Of a DNA stretch of 55,640 nt, positions 1 through 9,007 are shown piece after piece. A model generated the notes under the pieces. It did no database searches. It had not been told where the DNA came from and worked only from the letters and a program-made list of their open reading frames with translations. The DNA comes from a virus. Lineage: Duplodnaviria > Caudoviricetes. The stretch is from positions 1 to 55,640 of the IMG/VR virus record IMGVR_UViG_3300027847_002824; one strand, 5' to 3'. The position numbers and the translations under genes are program-made. How positions within the stretch are numbered: position 1 is the first letter of the stretch; each line of letters begins with the position of its first letter.

Positions 1-774
1 TTTGAAGCTACAGACATTTTCGGCTTTGATGCTGAACATGCTAGTGAAGATGCCGACGATAAAATGAATAGCAAGCCTATAATTCAATTTGACCTAGAGC
101 TTATGATGGAATTTTTAGGCAGAAAGACTGTCGGTAATTACGAACCATCAAAACCTTTTGTCAATGAAATCATCTGGGGAAAACATCCTCGTGGAGCCAC
201 AGTTCCCGGTGCTGTAAAATTAGAAGTCGATACTGGTCTTACTTTTTACATAAAGAAAATGGGAGTGGACAAAATTGGAGAACCAAGATGGGTCACAAAG
301 AGAATGTTCCAGTTAAATCGCAATGGATACGGCGGTCTGGAAGACTCAGTTGCAGAAGAGGTTCATGAACACATCCTCAGAGCATTCGACAGCAACATCG
401 ACGCCCCAACAGAAGGCTACACCGACTTAGATAACCTTGTGACGCACATCTACAACAAGATGAAAAGAACATCAAAGAACATCTTCATCCCTGTTGGAAT
501 CAAAAAGATGCAAGAGCACGCTTATGTGATCTCGTTTGAAGTTCGTGGTCACGGCGTAGAAGCTCAAGACCAGAAGAGAGTTGAGCAAAATCAAACTGTC
601 ATTTCCTACGATCAAGAGCAGGGAACAATCAGGATTTTCAACTACAATATTGAATCGCCAATGAGCGGACACAAATGGGAGATCATGGAGAACGATCTCG
701 ACCTATACTTCTTCCCAACCCAAGACAGAGAAGAAATCAGTGAATGCCTTGCGGTTCACATGAAATATTATTGA
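1..774 (+). CDS. hypothetical phage protein, probably 5'-truncated by the window edge
   Basis: Frame of ORF 64..774 is open back to base 1 (FEATDIFGFDAEHASEDADDK-M); no recognisable motif. Confidence 0.75.
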   Translation, partial: FEATDIFGFDAEHASEDADDKMNSKPIIQFDLELMMEFLGRKTVGNYEPSKPFVNEIIWGKHPRGATVPGAVKLEVDTGLTFYIKKMGVDKIGEPRWVTKRMFQLNRNGYGGLEDSVAEEVHEHILRAFDSNIDAPTEGYTDLDNLVTHIYNKMKRTSKNIFIPVGIKKMQEHAYVISFEVRGHGVEAQDQKRVEQNQTVISYDQEQGTIRIFNYNIESPMSGHKWEIMENDLDLYFFPTQDREEISECLAVHMKYY

Positions 775-1352
775 TCGATCCATTCTCGGGCGTCGGTTGT
801 CACTTCTTTGTTTGCAAAACTTGCAATACGATCCAGAGCATCTGGTTTGAATATCTCGTCAAAAGTCAAAGCCAATTTTTGGCCTTTGTATCTCACAAGG
901 TTTTCGACCTTCTGATCCACATGTTGACGAACATAAGGAAGCCAGTTGACTTTGTTCCCTACGGACTTTGTTAAGCTCTGAGCAATCTCCCAAGGGCTTC
1001 TGACACATTCAATAACTTTGTGATTGACTTCAGCCTTGTCTAATCGTTCTGTAACGATAGGAAGCATCATGCACAATCTTGGATCTTTCATGCCCCAGAT
1101 ATCTTGAGTTGATTTTCTATCTTGGATGTAACGATTGTATCTCTCTTCATGATCCTCTCCTTCGAGAAAGGCTTTATGAAGGTCTTTGAATTGTACATCT
1201 TCCCAATATCCTCGGGGATTGTTAGCATTGGGTTGATCAAATTTGTAACCCATAAACACTCCGAGATGGTGAAGCATACCAGCGACAGCACTGGTGCCAC
1301 ATCTGTAACATCCCACGACAAGAATGCAAGTAGACATCAAACAATCCACCAA
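768..1352 (-). CDS. sulfotransferase-family protein
   Basis: PAPS-binding-like loop VVGCYRCGTS, NPRGYWED and WGMKDPR motifs typical of this family. Confidence 0.75.
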   Translation of the reverse strand: MVDCLMSTCILVVGCYRCGTSAVAGMLHHLGVFMGYKFDQPNANNPRGYWEDVQFKDLHKAFLEGEDHEERYNRYIQDRKSTQDIWGMKDPRLCMMLPIVTERLDKAEVNHKVIECVRSPWEIAQSLTKSVGNKVNWLPYVRQHVDQKVENLVRYKGQKLALTFDEIFKPDALDRIASFANKEVTTDAREWIDQ

Positions 1353-1396
1353 ACGCCGACACTAACGGCCAGCCAAAAAACAATTATAGATATCAT

Positions 1397-1864
1397 CTAA
1401 AAACCTTCTTCAAGCCAATTTGATTTTTCTTCAAATGGCGGCAATGTATCACTCAAATAATGATTCAAAAACACTCTAAGTTGATCTAGTTCTATTGTGA
1501 AATAAATTTCATAAGGACTAACATCGCCAATTGACGGATAAGAAGTGTCCCAGCAGCAAATACATCCTCGCACTGGAGTTGTTTGGCATAACAACACCTC
1601 TTCCACGACACGGCTTCTTATAAGCCCATAAAGTTCAGGTGCTTTTATTGATCTAAATTCTGATCCATAAAGATCATTTTCTGCACCGGACAAAATTGTT
1701 GGATGAGTGACTGGCACCACAAAGGCAGGCACACGCTTGTCTTCAAGTTTCCAAATAGACTGATAATCTGATACGTCGTTGCTGTATCTTCTACGATATG
1801 TTTCAATGCTTGTAGAAACCGAATCAAGTTGTTGTTGGCTAAATGTACTCGTGAGTGTACTCAT
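1397..1864 (-). CDS. hypothetical protein with C-terminal NWLEEGF tag
   Basis: 155-aa ORF overlapping the upstream gene; shared C-terminal motif. Confidence 0.75.
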   Translation of the reverse strand: MSTLTSTFSQQQLDSVSTSIETYRRRYSNDVSDYQSIWKLEDKRVPAFVVPVTHPTILSGAENDLYGSEFRSIKAPELYGLIRSRVVEEVLLCQTTPVRGCICCWDTSYPSIGDVSPYEIYFTIELDQLRVFLNHYLSDTLPPFEEKSNWLEEGF

Positions 1865-2579
1865 ACTTGAAGTAATCCTTTACTTCGTCTGTGATTTTTT
1901 GTCGGAACAGTATCGGGTCAAAAGAACATGAATCTGAGAACTCCTCAATGTTACATGCTTGATCTACGAATGGAGACAAGACTATGTAAAATTTGGAGAC
2001 TTTTTCGGTCATCGTCCAAAACTTAAAGATGCCACTTTCGAAAAAATTTGAAATCTTCTCTTGAGTTGGATCGCCTTCGCATCTTTCATACAGAAACTTT
2101 TTAGTTCTGTCAATCTCGATTATCACTTTGATATCTGTATTTGCAACGGAAGGTGCTGGTGGCTCGGAACTTACATCTGTATCTTTATTCTTACACCATC
2201 TCTCAAACATCATCCATCTCATCCAAGCTCCATCTCCACAAATTGAATTTGGTTCAACCCGAACTGACCCATCATGTTTAAGATAATTCAACTTTAAGAT
2301 CGAAAGATTGGCAACAATGTATCTTTTGTATTGATGTGGTTCCAGCAACCCCCGAGTTTCTCGACGGAGCTTCCAACAATGCTTAAACAACAGGGACTTC
2401 CGTGGATCACTTCTTTTTGGTAAAGTGTTTCTTCTGAACTCACCACCGAAATTCTTGAATCCTTTGAAAAGTCTCAAAAATTGGGTTTCGTAAATGCAAG
2501 CCAGACTAAAGGTTTCAGATTCGGCATTTGTCATATTCCATTGAAAAATGGCATCTGTTCTCACGGGATTTTGTTCCAT
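1839..2579 (-). CDS. hypothetical phage protein
   Basis: 246-aa ORF; TAAATA 4 nt upstream of ATG. Confidence 0.8.
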   Translation of the reverse strand: MEQNPVRTDAIFQWNMTNAESETFSLACIYETQFLRLFKGFKNFGGEFRRNTLPKRSDPRKSLLFKHCWKLRRETRGLLEPHQYKRYIVANLSILKLNYLKHDGSVRVEPNSICGDGAWMRWMMFERWCKNKDTDVSSEPPAPSVANTDIKVIIEIDRTKKFLYERCEGDPTQEKISNFFESGIFKFWTMTEKVSKFYIVLSPFVDQACNIEEFSDSCSFDPILFRQKITDEVKDYFKYEYTHEYI

Positions 2580-2663
2580 GTAGTATTTACCGATTGATAG
2601 TCAAGACCTTCCCATCTTACAGAAAAAATTCAATGCGCCAAGCCCATTTTTCTGTAAGAGGTA

Positions 2664-2692
2664 TTGCAGTAAGTAAAGAAATATGCTAAACT
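2664..2692 (+). promoter_or_regulatory. sigma70-type promoter candidate for the noncoding region
   Basis: TTGCAG-17 nt-TAAACT with TG extended -10. Confidence 0.5.
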
Positions 2693-2698
2693 TCCTGA

Positions 2699-3190
2699 TA
2701 ACTGAAATACACAGGTAAGGAGAAACCAATTCTCCCTCAGAATTTTCTCTGGCTAAGGTAAACGCCTAGATTGAGTTTTGATGTAAAAAACCATGGGAGC
2801 CGGGTAGGTCTTACTGGCAACCTGCACAAGACGAAGGATCTTGTGTTGTCTCGGGCCGAGGTGTGCCTTAAATCCCTCACCACTGATGCTATGGATTGTT
2901 GTGTGGCTTAAAAAGCGACTTGGTGGTAGTCACAACAAGGGATTAGGTTAGCAGGCCATATATTCGAAGTTTACCATTGACGCAGCCGGGAGAGGGTTGT
3001 GATCAAGTGCATCTTAGGTATTTTTTGTACCTTTCGATGTTCAAGGTAAATGCTGCGCTTCGAGTCACCCCTTATTACTTTTTGACTTAAAGTTGTAGTA
3101 ATTACTTTTACTTAGATCATTAACCATAGCATCCCTTATGCGCCGACATTTCGACAAAGGTTTTTTGGAAAGAGAGATAGGCGCATTTGA
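2699..3190 (+). ncRNA. candidate large structured ncRNA (or structured origin region)
   Basis: No ORF of 60 aa or more; many complementary pairs: 2885-2894/3124-3133, 2896-2903/2931-2938, 2964-2969/3058-3063, 2970-2980/3041-3050, 2981-2986/3052-3057. Confidence 0.5.
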
Positions 3191-3212
3191 GTGTTTCGGT
3201 TAGTATCGGGAC

Positions 3213-4523
3213 ATGAACATGTACGACACATCATGGCAATTAGCGGATCTCCTCGAAGGTCAAAAATCGATCTTCATGAGGACCGAGCCAGAGGTGCCGG
3301 ATTTTACAGATCGTTCATCATTTAGGATTTTGGTGTGGAGCTTGAAACAAAAGTTAGAAATCGAAGTAGACTCAAATAACATTGCATCTGTGATGAGTTT
3401 ATTTAACGGAACTCTCTTTAACAAAGATCGAGTTGACCGTCTTTATGTTTGGGGCATAAAATCTCTTTACACATATCTCAGGGCATTCAATCCAAAATTT
3501 GTAAAGCCGACTGTGAACATCCTTGATCTCAAGATCATAGAAAGTTTTCAGGGAGTAAGAAAAAATCGCCCAGAAAATGCAGTTGAGGCCATAAATAGGA
3601 TGAAGCTTGCAGTCCAGCACAAAAACTGGCAGAAGCTTTACACGACGATTCACTTACCGTTGGCTCTCCGGGTACTACCCGCAATAGAGACAACTCCATT
3701 ACTTGATGAAATATCAAGGAAACCTGTATATCCTTACTATGAAATCGAAGGACAGACAAATGGGCGTTTGAATTGTCTTAAGAAATATTCCAATAGTTAT
3801 CTGCCCCACAACATGGGACCAGATGTAAGAGAATCATTGAAACCAAAAGGGGACGATAAGCGTCTTTGTACTGCTGACTTTAAGTCATGTGAAGTTGCGG
3901 TTTTACAATGGTTGTCTGGAGATGAACAAATTAAGAAAATCTTAGACTCTGGTGAAGACCTTCACCGAGCAATTTATGAAATTGTCACTGGAGATAAATG
4001 TGACACAGATAAGAAAAGAAACATATCAAAGAAGATGTTCCTTCCGGTGATGTATGGATGCGGACCTAAAGGACTCGCTGCAAACCTCGACGTGGGTGAG
4101 TCCGTAGGGGCAGAGTTATTCCAAAGGATTAGAAGCAACTTCCCTACGGCCACTCATTTTATGCTTGAAAAACAAAGAGATGCCAAGCATGGAGTGGTTA
4201 CAGATTACTTTGGTAGACCAAGAAAGTTCCCAGAAGGAGAAGCATATCGATTCAGAAATACATTCGTGCAAGCCGTGGCCGCAACCGTCTGTCAGGAAAA
4301 GCTAATTGCTTTATGGAAATCCCTTGATGGTGAGACGGCACGGCTTGCTTTTTCTATACATGATGGTTACGGCATTGTCTGTGACATCCCCACCGCTAAA
4401 CAAACATATCAAACAGTAAAAGATACCTTGGAAAGCGAATCGGTGCTGTGCCCCGGTTTGTCTATGAAAGTGGCAATTAAGTTCGGGCTTAAGTTGTCGA
4501 ATATGATAACATTATGGAAATGA
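3213..4523 (+). CDS. polA: compact family A DNA polymerase (thumb region apparently absent)
   Basis: TNGRLN (cf. TGRLSS), motif A ADFKSCE, motif B RNISKKMFLPVMYG, motif C SIHDG. Confidence 0.85.
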   Translation: MNMYDTSWQLADLLEGQKSIFMRTEPEVPDFTDRSSFRILVWSLKQKLEIEVDSNNIASVMSLFNGTLFNKDRVDRLYVWGIKSLYTYLRAFNPKFVKPTVNILDLKIIESFQGVRKNRPENAVEAINRMKLAVQHKNWQKLYTTIHLPLALRVLPAIETTPLLDEISRKPVYPYYEIEGQTNGRLNCLKKYSNSYLPHNMGPDVRESLKPKGDDKRLCTADFKSCEVAVLQWLSGDEQIKKILDSGEDLHRAIYEIVTGDKCDTDKKRNISKKMFLPVMYGCGPKGLAANLDVGESVGAELFQRIRSNFPTATHFMLEKQRDAKHGVVTDYFGRPRKFPEGEAYRFRNTFVQAVAATVCQEKLIALWKSLDGETARLAFSIHDGYGIVCDIPTAKQTYQTVKDTLESESVLCPGLSMKVAIKFGLKLSNMITLWK

Positions 4524-4541
4524 CCCCTTTCAGGAGGAAAA

Positions 4542-5129
4542 TTGAAAAAATTGAAAAAGAAGAAAACCTTAGAAACAATTGTAAGCAAGTTTCCAATCAC
4601 GGAAGAAGAGTATGCTGTTTTGGATAAGAAGTTTGGAAATTTGGCCCACTATGCTGCGTGGCAACTGAAGAAGAAAAATTCACAGAACAATCACACCAAC
4701 GACCCAGATGATGATGTTCAGGAGATGCGAATAGCTTTAATGAGAGCAGGAAGCTATTACAAAAGGCAAACTTACATTGAAGCTTGCTTTGAAGCCATGA
4801 ACAATCACGCTAAAGAAAAGTTCATTAAGAAGCTTCTTACAGAGCTTGAACAACTTTGGATTGATCGCCGTCGTCATGGTGCTAACCGTCAAAAATTTGG
4901 CGAGTTTCAAGAAGTTATCTTAGACCGGCTGGTCAAGAAGCATGTCCCCAAAAAAGATCGACCTGATCGATCAGCGAGTCTCAGATTCGATGTTAAGTTT
5001 TGTACTTATGCAAAACAAATTTTGTGGAACAGCCAGAAGAGTTTAGGAAAGAAGATAACTCGTGAGAAAAGTTGGCGAACTGGTCTTGTTAGTTTAAGTG
5101 AATTTGATTACCTTGGAGTAGCTGTGTAG
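4542..5129 (+). CDS. sigma70 region-2-like protein (candidate phage sigma factor)
   Basis: DDDVQEMRIALMRA resembles region 2.2; FDVKFCTYAKQILWN resembles region 2.3; AGGAGG RBS. Confidence 0.55.
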   Translation: MKKLKKKKTLETIVSKFPITEEEYAVLDKKFGNLAHYAAWQLKKKNSQNNHTNDPDDDVQEMRIALMRAGSYYKRQTYIEACFEAMNNHAKEKFIKKLLTELEQLWIDRRRHGANRQKFGEFQEVILDRLVKKHVPKKDRPDRSASLRFDVKFCTYAKQILWNSQKSLGKKITREKSWRTGLVSLSEFDYLGVAV

Positions 5130-5153
5130 TATGCACGGCGACATTTTTGCACC

Positions 5154-5190
5154 AGCCCCGTATAGCACTTGTTATACGGGGCTTTTTCTT
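5154..5190 (+). terminator. intrinsic terminator
   Basis: AGCCCCGTATA/TATACGGGGCT stem followed by T-tract. Confidence 0.8.
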
Positions 5191-5305
5191 TAAGACCAAA
5201 AGTTTCTTATTCTTGACCTTGGCACAATCTGTAATTATCTGTAAGATCATTTCTCCAACCAGATTAAGAATCTTACAAAAGAAGGATTGCTTAAAGGAGC
5301 GAAAA

Positions 5306-6331
5306 GTGAAGAAACTAAAATTTCGGACAAGTCAAGAAAACTTTGATGCGATTACAAATCAGGGCGAGTTGTATGCTTCAATACCTGATGGGTATGAAGA
5401 GAAAGCTGTCTTGATGGCAAAAAACATCAAGAAGAAGTATATGCCTAAGTTTTCCAATCGGGAAACGGAATTCATGGTAAAGATGGAGGCTGTTGGAGAC
5501 CCTGAAAGAGTAATGCCAATGATGATGGCAATTCTAAGCGTGACTAAAACAGGTTTAGAATCGGTTATTGACAAGTTGCAAAAGGGTAACTTTGGACATT
5601 CTAATTACACCATATCTGACATGGTGGAATTTGGTATGTGGAGTGATTTTGATGAAAGTCATTGCTCAGATTACGAGTCTGGAGTATTGACAGGAAAAGA
5701 AAAGAACATCCCTAAGATATCAGGACTTATTAGTCTTATGTTTCATGGCAGTAGATTGCCGGAACATATCATGCGACAACATCCTTGGCTTCGCAGTTGC
5801 AGCAAAGAGTGCTTCCTTGAGTGTGCTGATGTCCCAATGCGGCATTTACTTCAAAAGACTCGTGCTTATTACAACGGAAGCAGAACTTCTTGCCGGGGTC
5901 TTATACTACAAAAGTATTATTCAGATGGCCTAACACGTATGGGAGTGAAGTGGAAGGAAAGGGCTATTCGCAAGGGCAGTCGAACATGGGATCATGTGAT
6001 TGATAACCCTTTTTTGGCTGTGGAGATTTCTTACCCGGATTCCACAGGAAGTAGTATTACTGGCAAGACAGCCCATCTAACAGGAGATATTGAAAAACAA
6101 GATTTCATCTCTGTGTTTGTAGGGGGCGGAACTGGCTGGGCTTTAAGACCGGGAGATTGTGAGCGGATCGCCAATTCGTTTAATATGTGTTTCGGCCCAT
6201 CGAAAGAAGAAACCTTGGCCTTCTTCTGTTTTGTGGTTAAAGATGTATTGAAGAAAAGAATCTCTAAGAATAAGATACGTCAAATCATGGAAGAGGTGCT
6301 AGATGAGGCTCAACAGAATATTACAAGGTGA
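5306..6331 (+). CDS. putative type II restriction endonuclease (PD-(D/E)xK-like)
   Basis: GTG start after AAGGAG; RTWDHVI...AVEISY..STGS motif; overlaps a DNA methyltransferase gene. Confidence 0.5.
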   Translation: MKKLKFRTSQENFDAITNQGELYASIPDGYEEKAVLMAKNIKKKYMPKFSNRETEFMVKMEAVGDPERVMPMMMAILSVTKTGLESVIDKLQKGNFGHSNYTISDMVEFGMWSDFDESHCSDYESGVLTGKEKNIPKISGLISLMFHGSRLPEHIMRQHPWLRSCSKECFLECADVPMRHLLQKTRAYYNGSRTSCRGLILQKYYSDGLTRMGVKWKERAIRKGSRTWDHVIDNPFLAVEISYPDSTGSSITGKTAHLTGDIEKQDFISVFVGGGTGWALRPGDCERIANSFNMCFGPSKEETLAFFCFVVKDVLKKRISKNKIRQIMEEVLDEAQQNITR

Positions 6332-7307
6332 TTGTCTTGAAAAAATGGCAGACATCCCTGATGACACTTTTGATATGTCATTTGCTGATCCTCCCTTTAA
6401 TTTAGACAAGGGATATGATTCCTACAAGGACTCAAAGAAAGAGGACAAGTATTTCGATTGGTGTTCTGATTGGATGGGGGAGATGGTAAGGATCACCAAG
6501 CCATCTGGTAGTATTTTCTTGCACAACATACCAAAGTGGTTGGTGCAATATACTTGTCACTTGGCGGATTTGGCAACTTTCAAGAACTGGATTTCTTGGG
6601 ATGCGCCGACATCCCCAATGGGTAACACGCTTCAGCCTGCTCATTATGGAATTTTGTATTATGTGAAAGACGAATCACAATGCAAATTTTATGAAATGAG
6701 ATACCCTCATAAAAGATGTAGGGATAAGAAGGACTGCAATTTGTTAACGAAAGATTATGGTGGCAAGAAACATACCATCCATCCTTTCGGACCTTTAGTC
6801 AGCGACGTGTGGACTGATATCCATAGATGCAAGCATGACAGGTACAAAGACAAACATCCTTGTCAGCTTCCAGTTCATTTAATGGAACGACTTGTCTTAT
6901 TTTGTACAGATGAAGGCGACAGTGTTTTCGATCCATTTGCAGGAACGGGAACAACCTTGATAGCTGCTCGACGTTTGGGTCGCAAATATCTTGGCATTGA
7001 ATTGTCAGAACAGTATGCTAAGATAGCTGCTGACAAATTGGCGTTTGAGAAGACTCCTTCTAAGCTTAATGACATTTGGGTAAGTTGCTATTTGAATAGA
7101 ATTCACACAGCAAGAGAATCAGATATTTCTGAGGGAAGACCCAAGCAGTTCAAAGAAGGTTGGAAAGAGCTTTTTACTAATTGGCCAGACACGGACGATA
7201 AGAGAAGAGACCTAAACACGTCTGATTTGGCCTTCACAAAGGAAGTCAAGAATAAGATTTCCAAACTTTGTAGACCAAAGAAAAAGGTACAAGAAGATGA
7301 AAAGTGA
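6303..7307 (+). CDS. beta-class N6-adenine/N4-cytosine DNA methyltransferase
   Basis: FADPPFN catalytic motif before DPFAGTGTT SAM-binding motif; HPCQLP. Confidence 0.92.
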   Translation: MRLNRILQGDCLEKMADIPDDTFDMSFADPPFNLDKGYDSYKDSKKEDKYFDWCSDWMGEMVRITKPSGSIFLHNIPKWLVQYTCHLADLATFKNWISWDAPTSPMGNTLQPAHYGILYYVKDESQCKFYEMRYPHKRCRDKKDCNLLTKDYGGKKHTIHPFGPLVSDVWTDIHRCKHDRYKDKHPCQLPVHLMERLVLFCTDEGDSVFDPFAGTGTTLIAARRLGRKYLGIELSEQYAKIAADKLAFEKTPSKLNDIWVSCYLNRIHTARESDISEGRPKQFKEGWKELFTNWPDTDDKRRDLNTSDLAFTKEVKNKISKLCRPKKKVQEDEK

Positions 7308-8328
7308 AACGATCAATGTGCATGGCAAGAAGTTTAAGTTGGCCCATGATGTGGTTGACTTGGGATCTCTGATTCCTCAAGCAACTAACCCACGTCATGG
7401 AGTTCATTTGGTTGGCGGCAAGCCTCTCACGTTGTCTCAAATCAAAAAACTTCACAGTGAAGACCCTTTGATACTCCCGCTGTTGAACAGCGTTAAAAAA
7501 AATGGAGGAATTTTAGAGCCTTTGGTGGTGGAGAAAAAGGTCGGCAAGAACTTAACACGTGAAGGCAACCGAAGACTCTTTGTCTTGTATATTCTTGAAT
7601 CTCAATTTCCGGGTAAATTTAACAAAGTTCCTGTTAAATTTTTCCCTGACAACATGGATGAGAATCATCGAGCAGATTACATTGGCACTATTCACAGCAA
7701 AGAGGTGGGCAGGAAGCACTGGGGCTCTTTTGCTGAATGGAAGTTTATGTTTGATGAGCAGAAGAGAAGAAAGCTCACAGACAAACAGATGATGGAACTG
7801 AAGGACATGGACGAGGAAAAGTTCATGATTGGCAAAGCGAGTGTGGCTTTGATGTGCGAGTATATCGTGACGGAGAAGACGCATGAAATCACCGGCCCAT
7901 GGTCTCATATTTATGAGATTGTAAAAGCGGCGAGACAAGCTTTCCCGAAGTTCATGAAAGACCCCAAGAACAAAGAGAAGAAAGCACTTATTTTCAAGGC
8001 AATCAAAGGCAGGAAGCTTAAGAACCCAATTCAAGCTCGTAAAATTTTGGGAATTCTTAAGAACACGCAAGCTTTGAAGATTTTGGCTAGTCATGGAATC
8101 GAACAGGCGTTGAGTTACAAAAACGATGCCGCTAGGCCCGGAGATTCATCTTTCGGTCACATGGAGAAGCTGCGACTTTCAATTACTTCGAAGCCTAAGC
8201 AGTTTGAGAAGCGATGCAATGGCTTGAGTGATAAAGATGAACAGGAGTTGATAGAGCTTCTGTCAACGCTTTCTGATGTTCTCAAAAAGACAGGGAACAA
8301 GAGGATACTTAAAGCTGCTGGAATGTAA
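7297..8328 (+). CDS. ParB/Srx-like N-terminal domain protein
   Basis: GGILEPLVV...EGNRRL motif. Confidence 0.65.
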   Translation: MKSETINVHGKKFKLAHDVVDLGSLIPQATNPRHGVHLVGGKPLTLSQIKKLHSEDPLILPLLNSVKKNGGILEPLVVEKKVGKNLTREGNRRLFVLYILESQFPGKFNKVPVKFFPDNMDENHRADYIGTIHSKEVGRKHWGSFAEWKFMFDEQKRRKLTDKQMMELKDMDEEKFMIGKASVALMCEYIVTEKTHEITGPWSHIYEIVKAARQAFPKFMKDPKNKEKKALIFKAIKGRKLKNPIQARKILGILKNTQALKILASHGIEQALSYKNDAARPGDSSFGHMEKLRLSITSKPKQFEKRCNGLSDKDEQELIELLSTLSDVLKKTGNKRILKAAGM

Positions 8329-8344
8329 GTCCCCAAAATTAAAG

Positions 8345-8372
8345 AAAAAGCCCGGTTATGCCGGGCTTTTTA
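8345..8372. terminator. bidirectional intrinsic terminator
   Basis: AAAAAGCCCGG-ttatg-CCGGGCTTTTT. Confidence 0.85.
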
Positions 8373-8441
8373 TATTGATACATTACATAGTTTAGACTAG
8401 AACTCTTTAACAAGTCGGTGATGGCTTAAGGTATACTCTTT

Positions 8442-8921
8442 ATGACCAACTATGTAATTGTTTGGACGCAGCGTGGGAACTCGAAAGATAATGTTCTTTT
8501 GGTTCTAAAAGACAAACCAGAGTGGCAAAAAGGGAAGTTAAATCTTCCCGGTGGCAAGGTTGAAGATGATGAATCTCCTCTTAAAGCAGCAGTAAGAGAG
8601 CTTAAAGAAGAAACTGGATACGATTCAATTCTTCCTGTAAGAAGCATGGGAATCGTGCAAGACGGCACCAGCATGATTCATTGTGTCAAAGCTGTGATCA
8701 TGGACAATGATGCTCCCTCTCCAAGAGAAGAGGAGACACAAGAAGTTCTGTGGACTCCATGGTACAAAGCAGAGCAGGATTCACGTCTTATACCAAACTT
8801 GAGGGTTATTATTCCTTTAATGATGACAGGAGTTTCCGGTTGGGCAATTGGCGATACCTATAAAGGAAGCGGCAAAAAACGCCATACCATTAAGATAAGT
8901 TTGCCGACAAGAGAAATTTGA
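8442..8921 (+). CDS. Nudix hydrolase (MutT-like)
   Basis: Nudix box GGKVEDDESPLKAAVRELKEETG. Confidence 0.92.
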   Translation: MTNYVIVWTQRGNSKDNVLLVLKDKPEWQKGKLNLPGGKVEDDESPLKAAVRELKEETGYDSILPVRSMGIVQDGTSMIHCVKAVIMDNDAPSPREEETQEVLWTPWYKAEQDSRLIPNLRVIIPLMMTGVSGWAIGDTYKGSGKKRHTIKISLPTREI

Positions 8922-9007
8922 TAATAAGAAGCATGGGCGCATCTTAAAGTTTATGGTATAAAGCTTGGATAACAAGATTACATAAAAGATAAAAGGAAGT
9001 GTGCCCA

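Noticed and set aside
2699-3190. RNase P RNA or group I/II intron identity
   Set aside because: No GAGGAAAGTCC or matching P4 3' strand and no recognisable intron core; no interrupted gene flanks it
5147-5305. N-terminal extension of the 394-aa ORF
   Set aside because: Runs through a terminator; the GTG at 5306 has an AAGGAG RBS and is the more likely start
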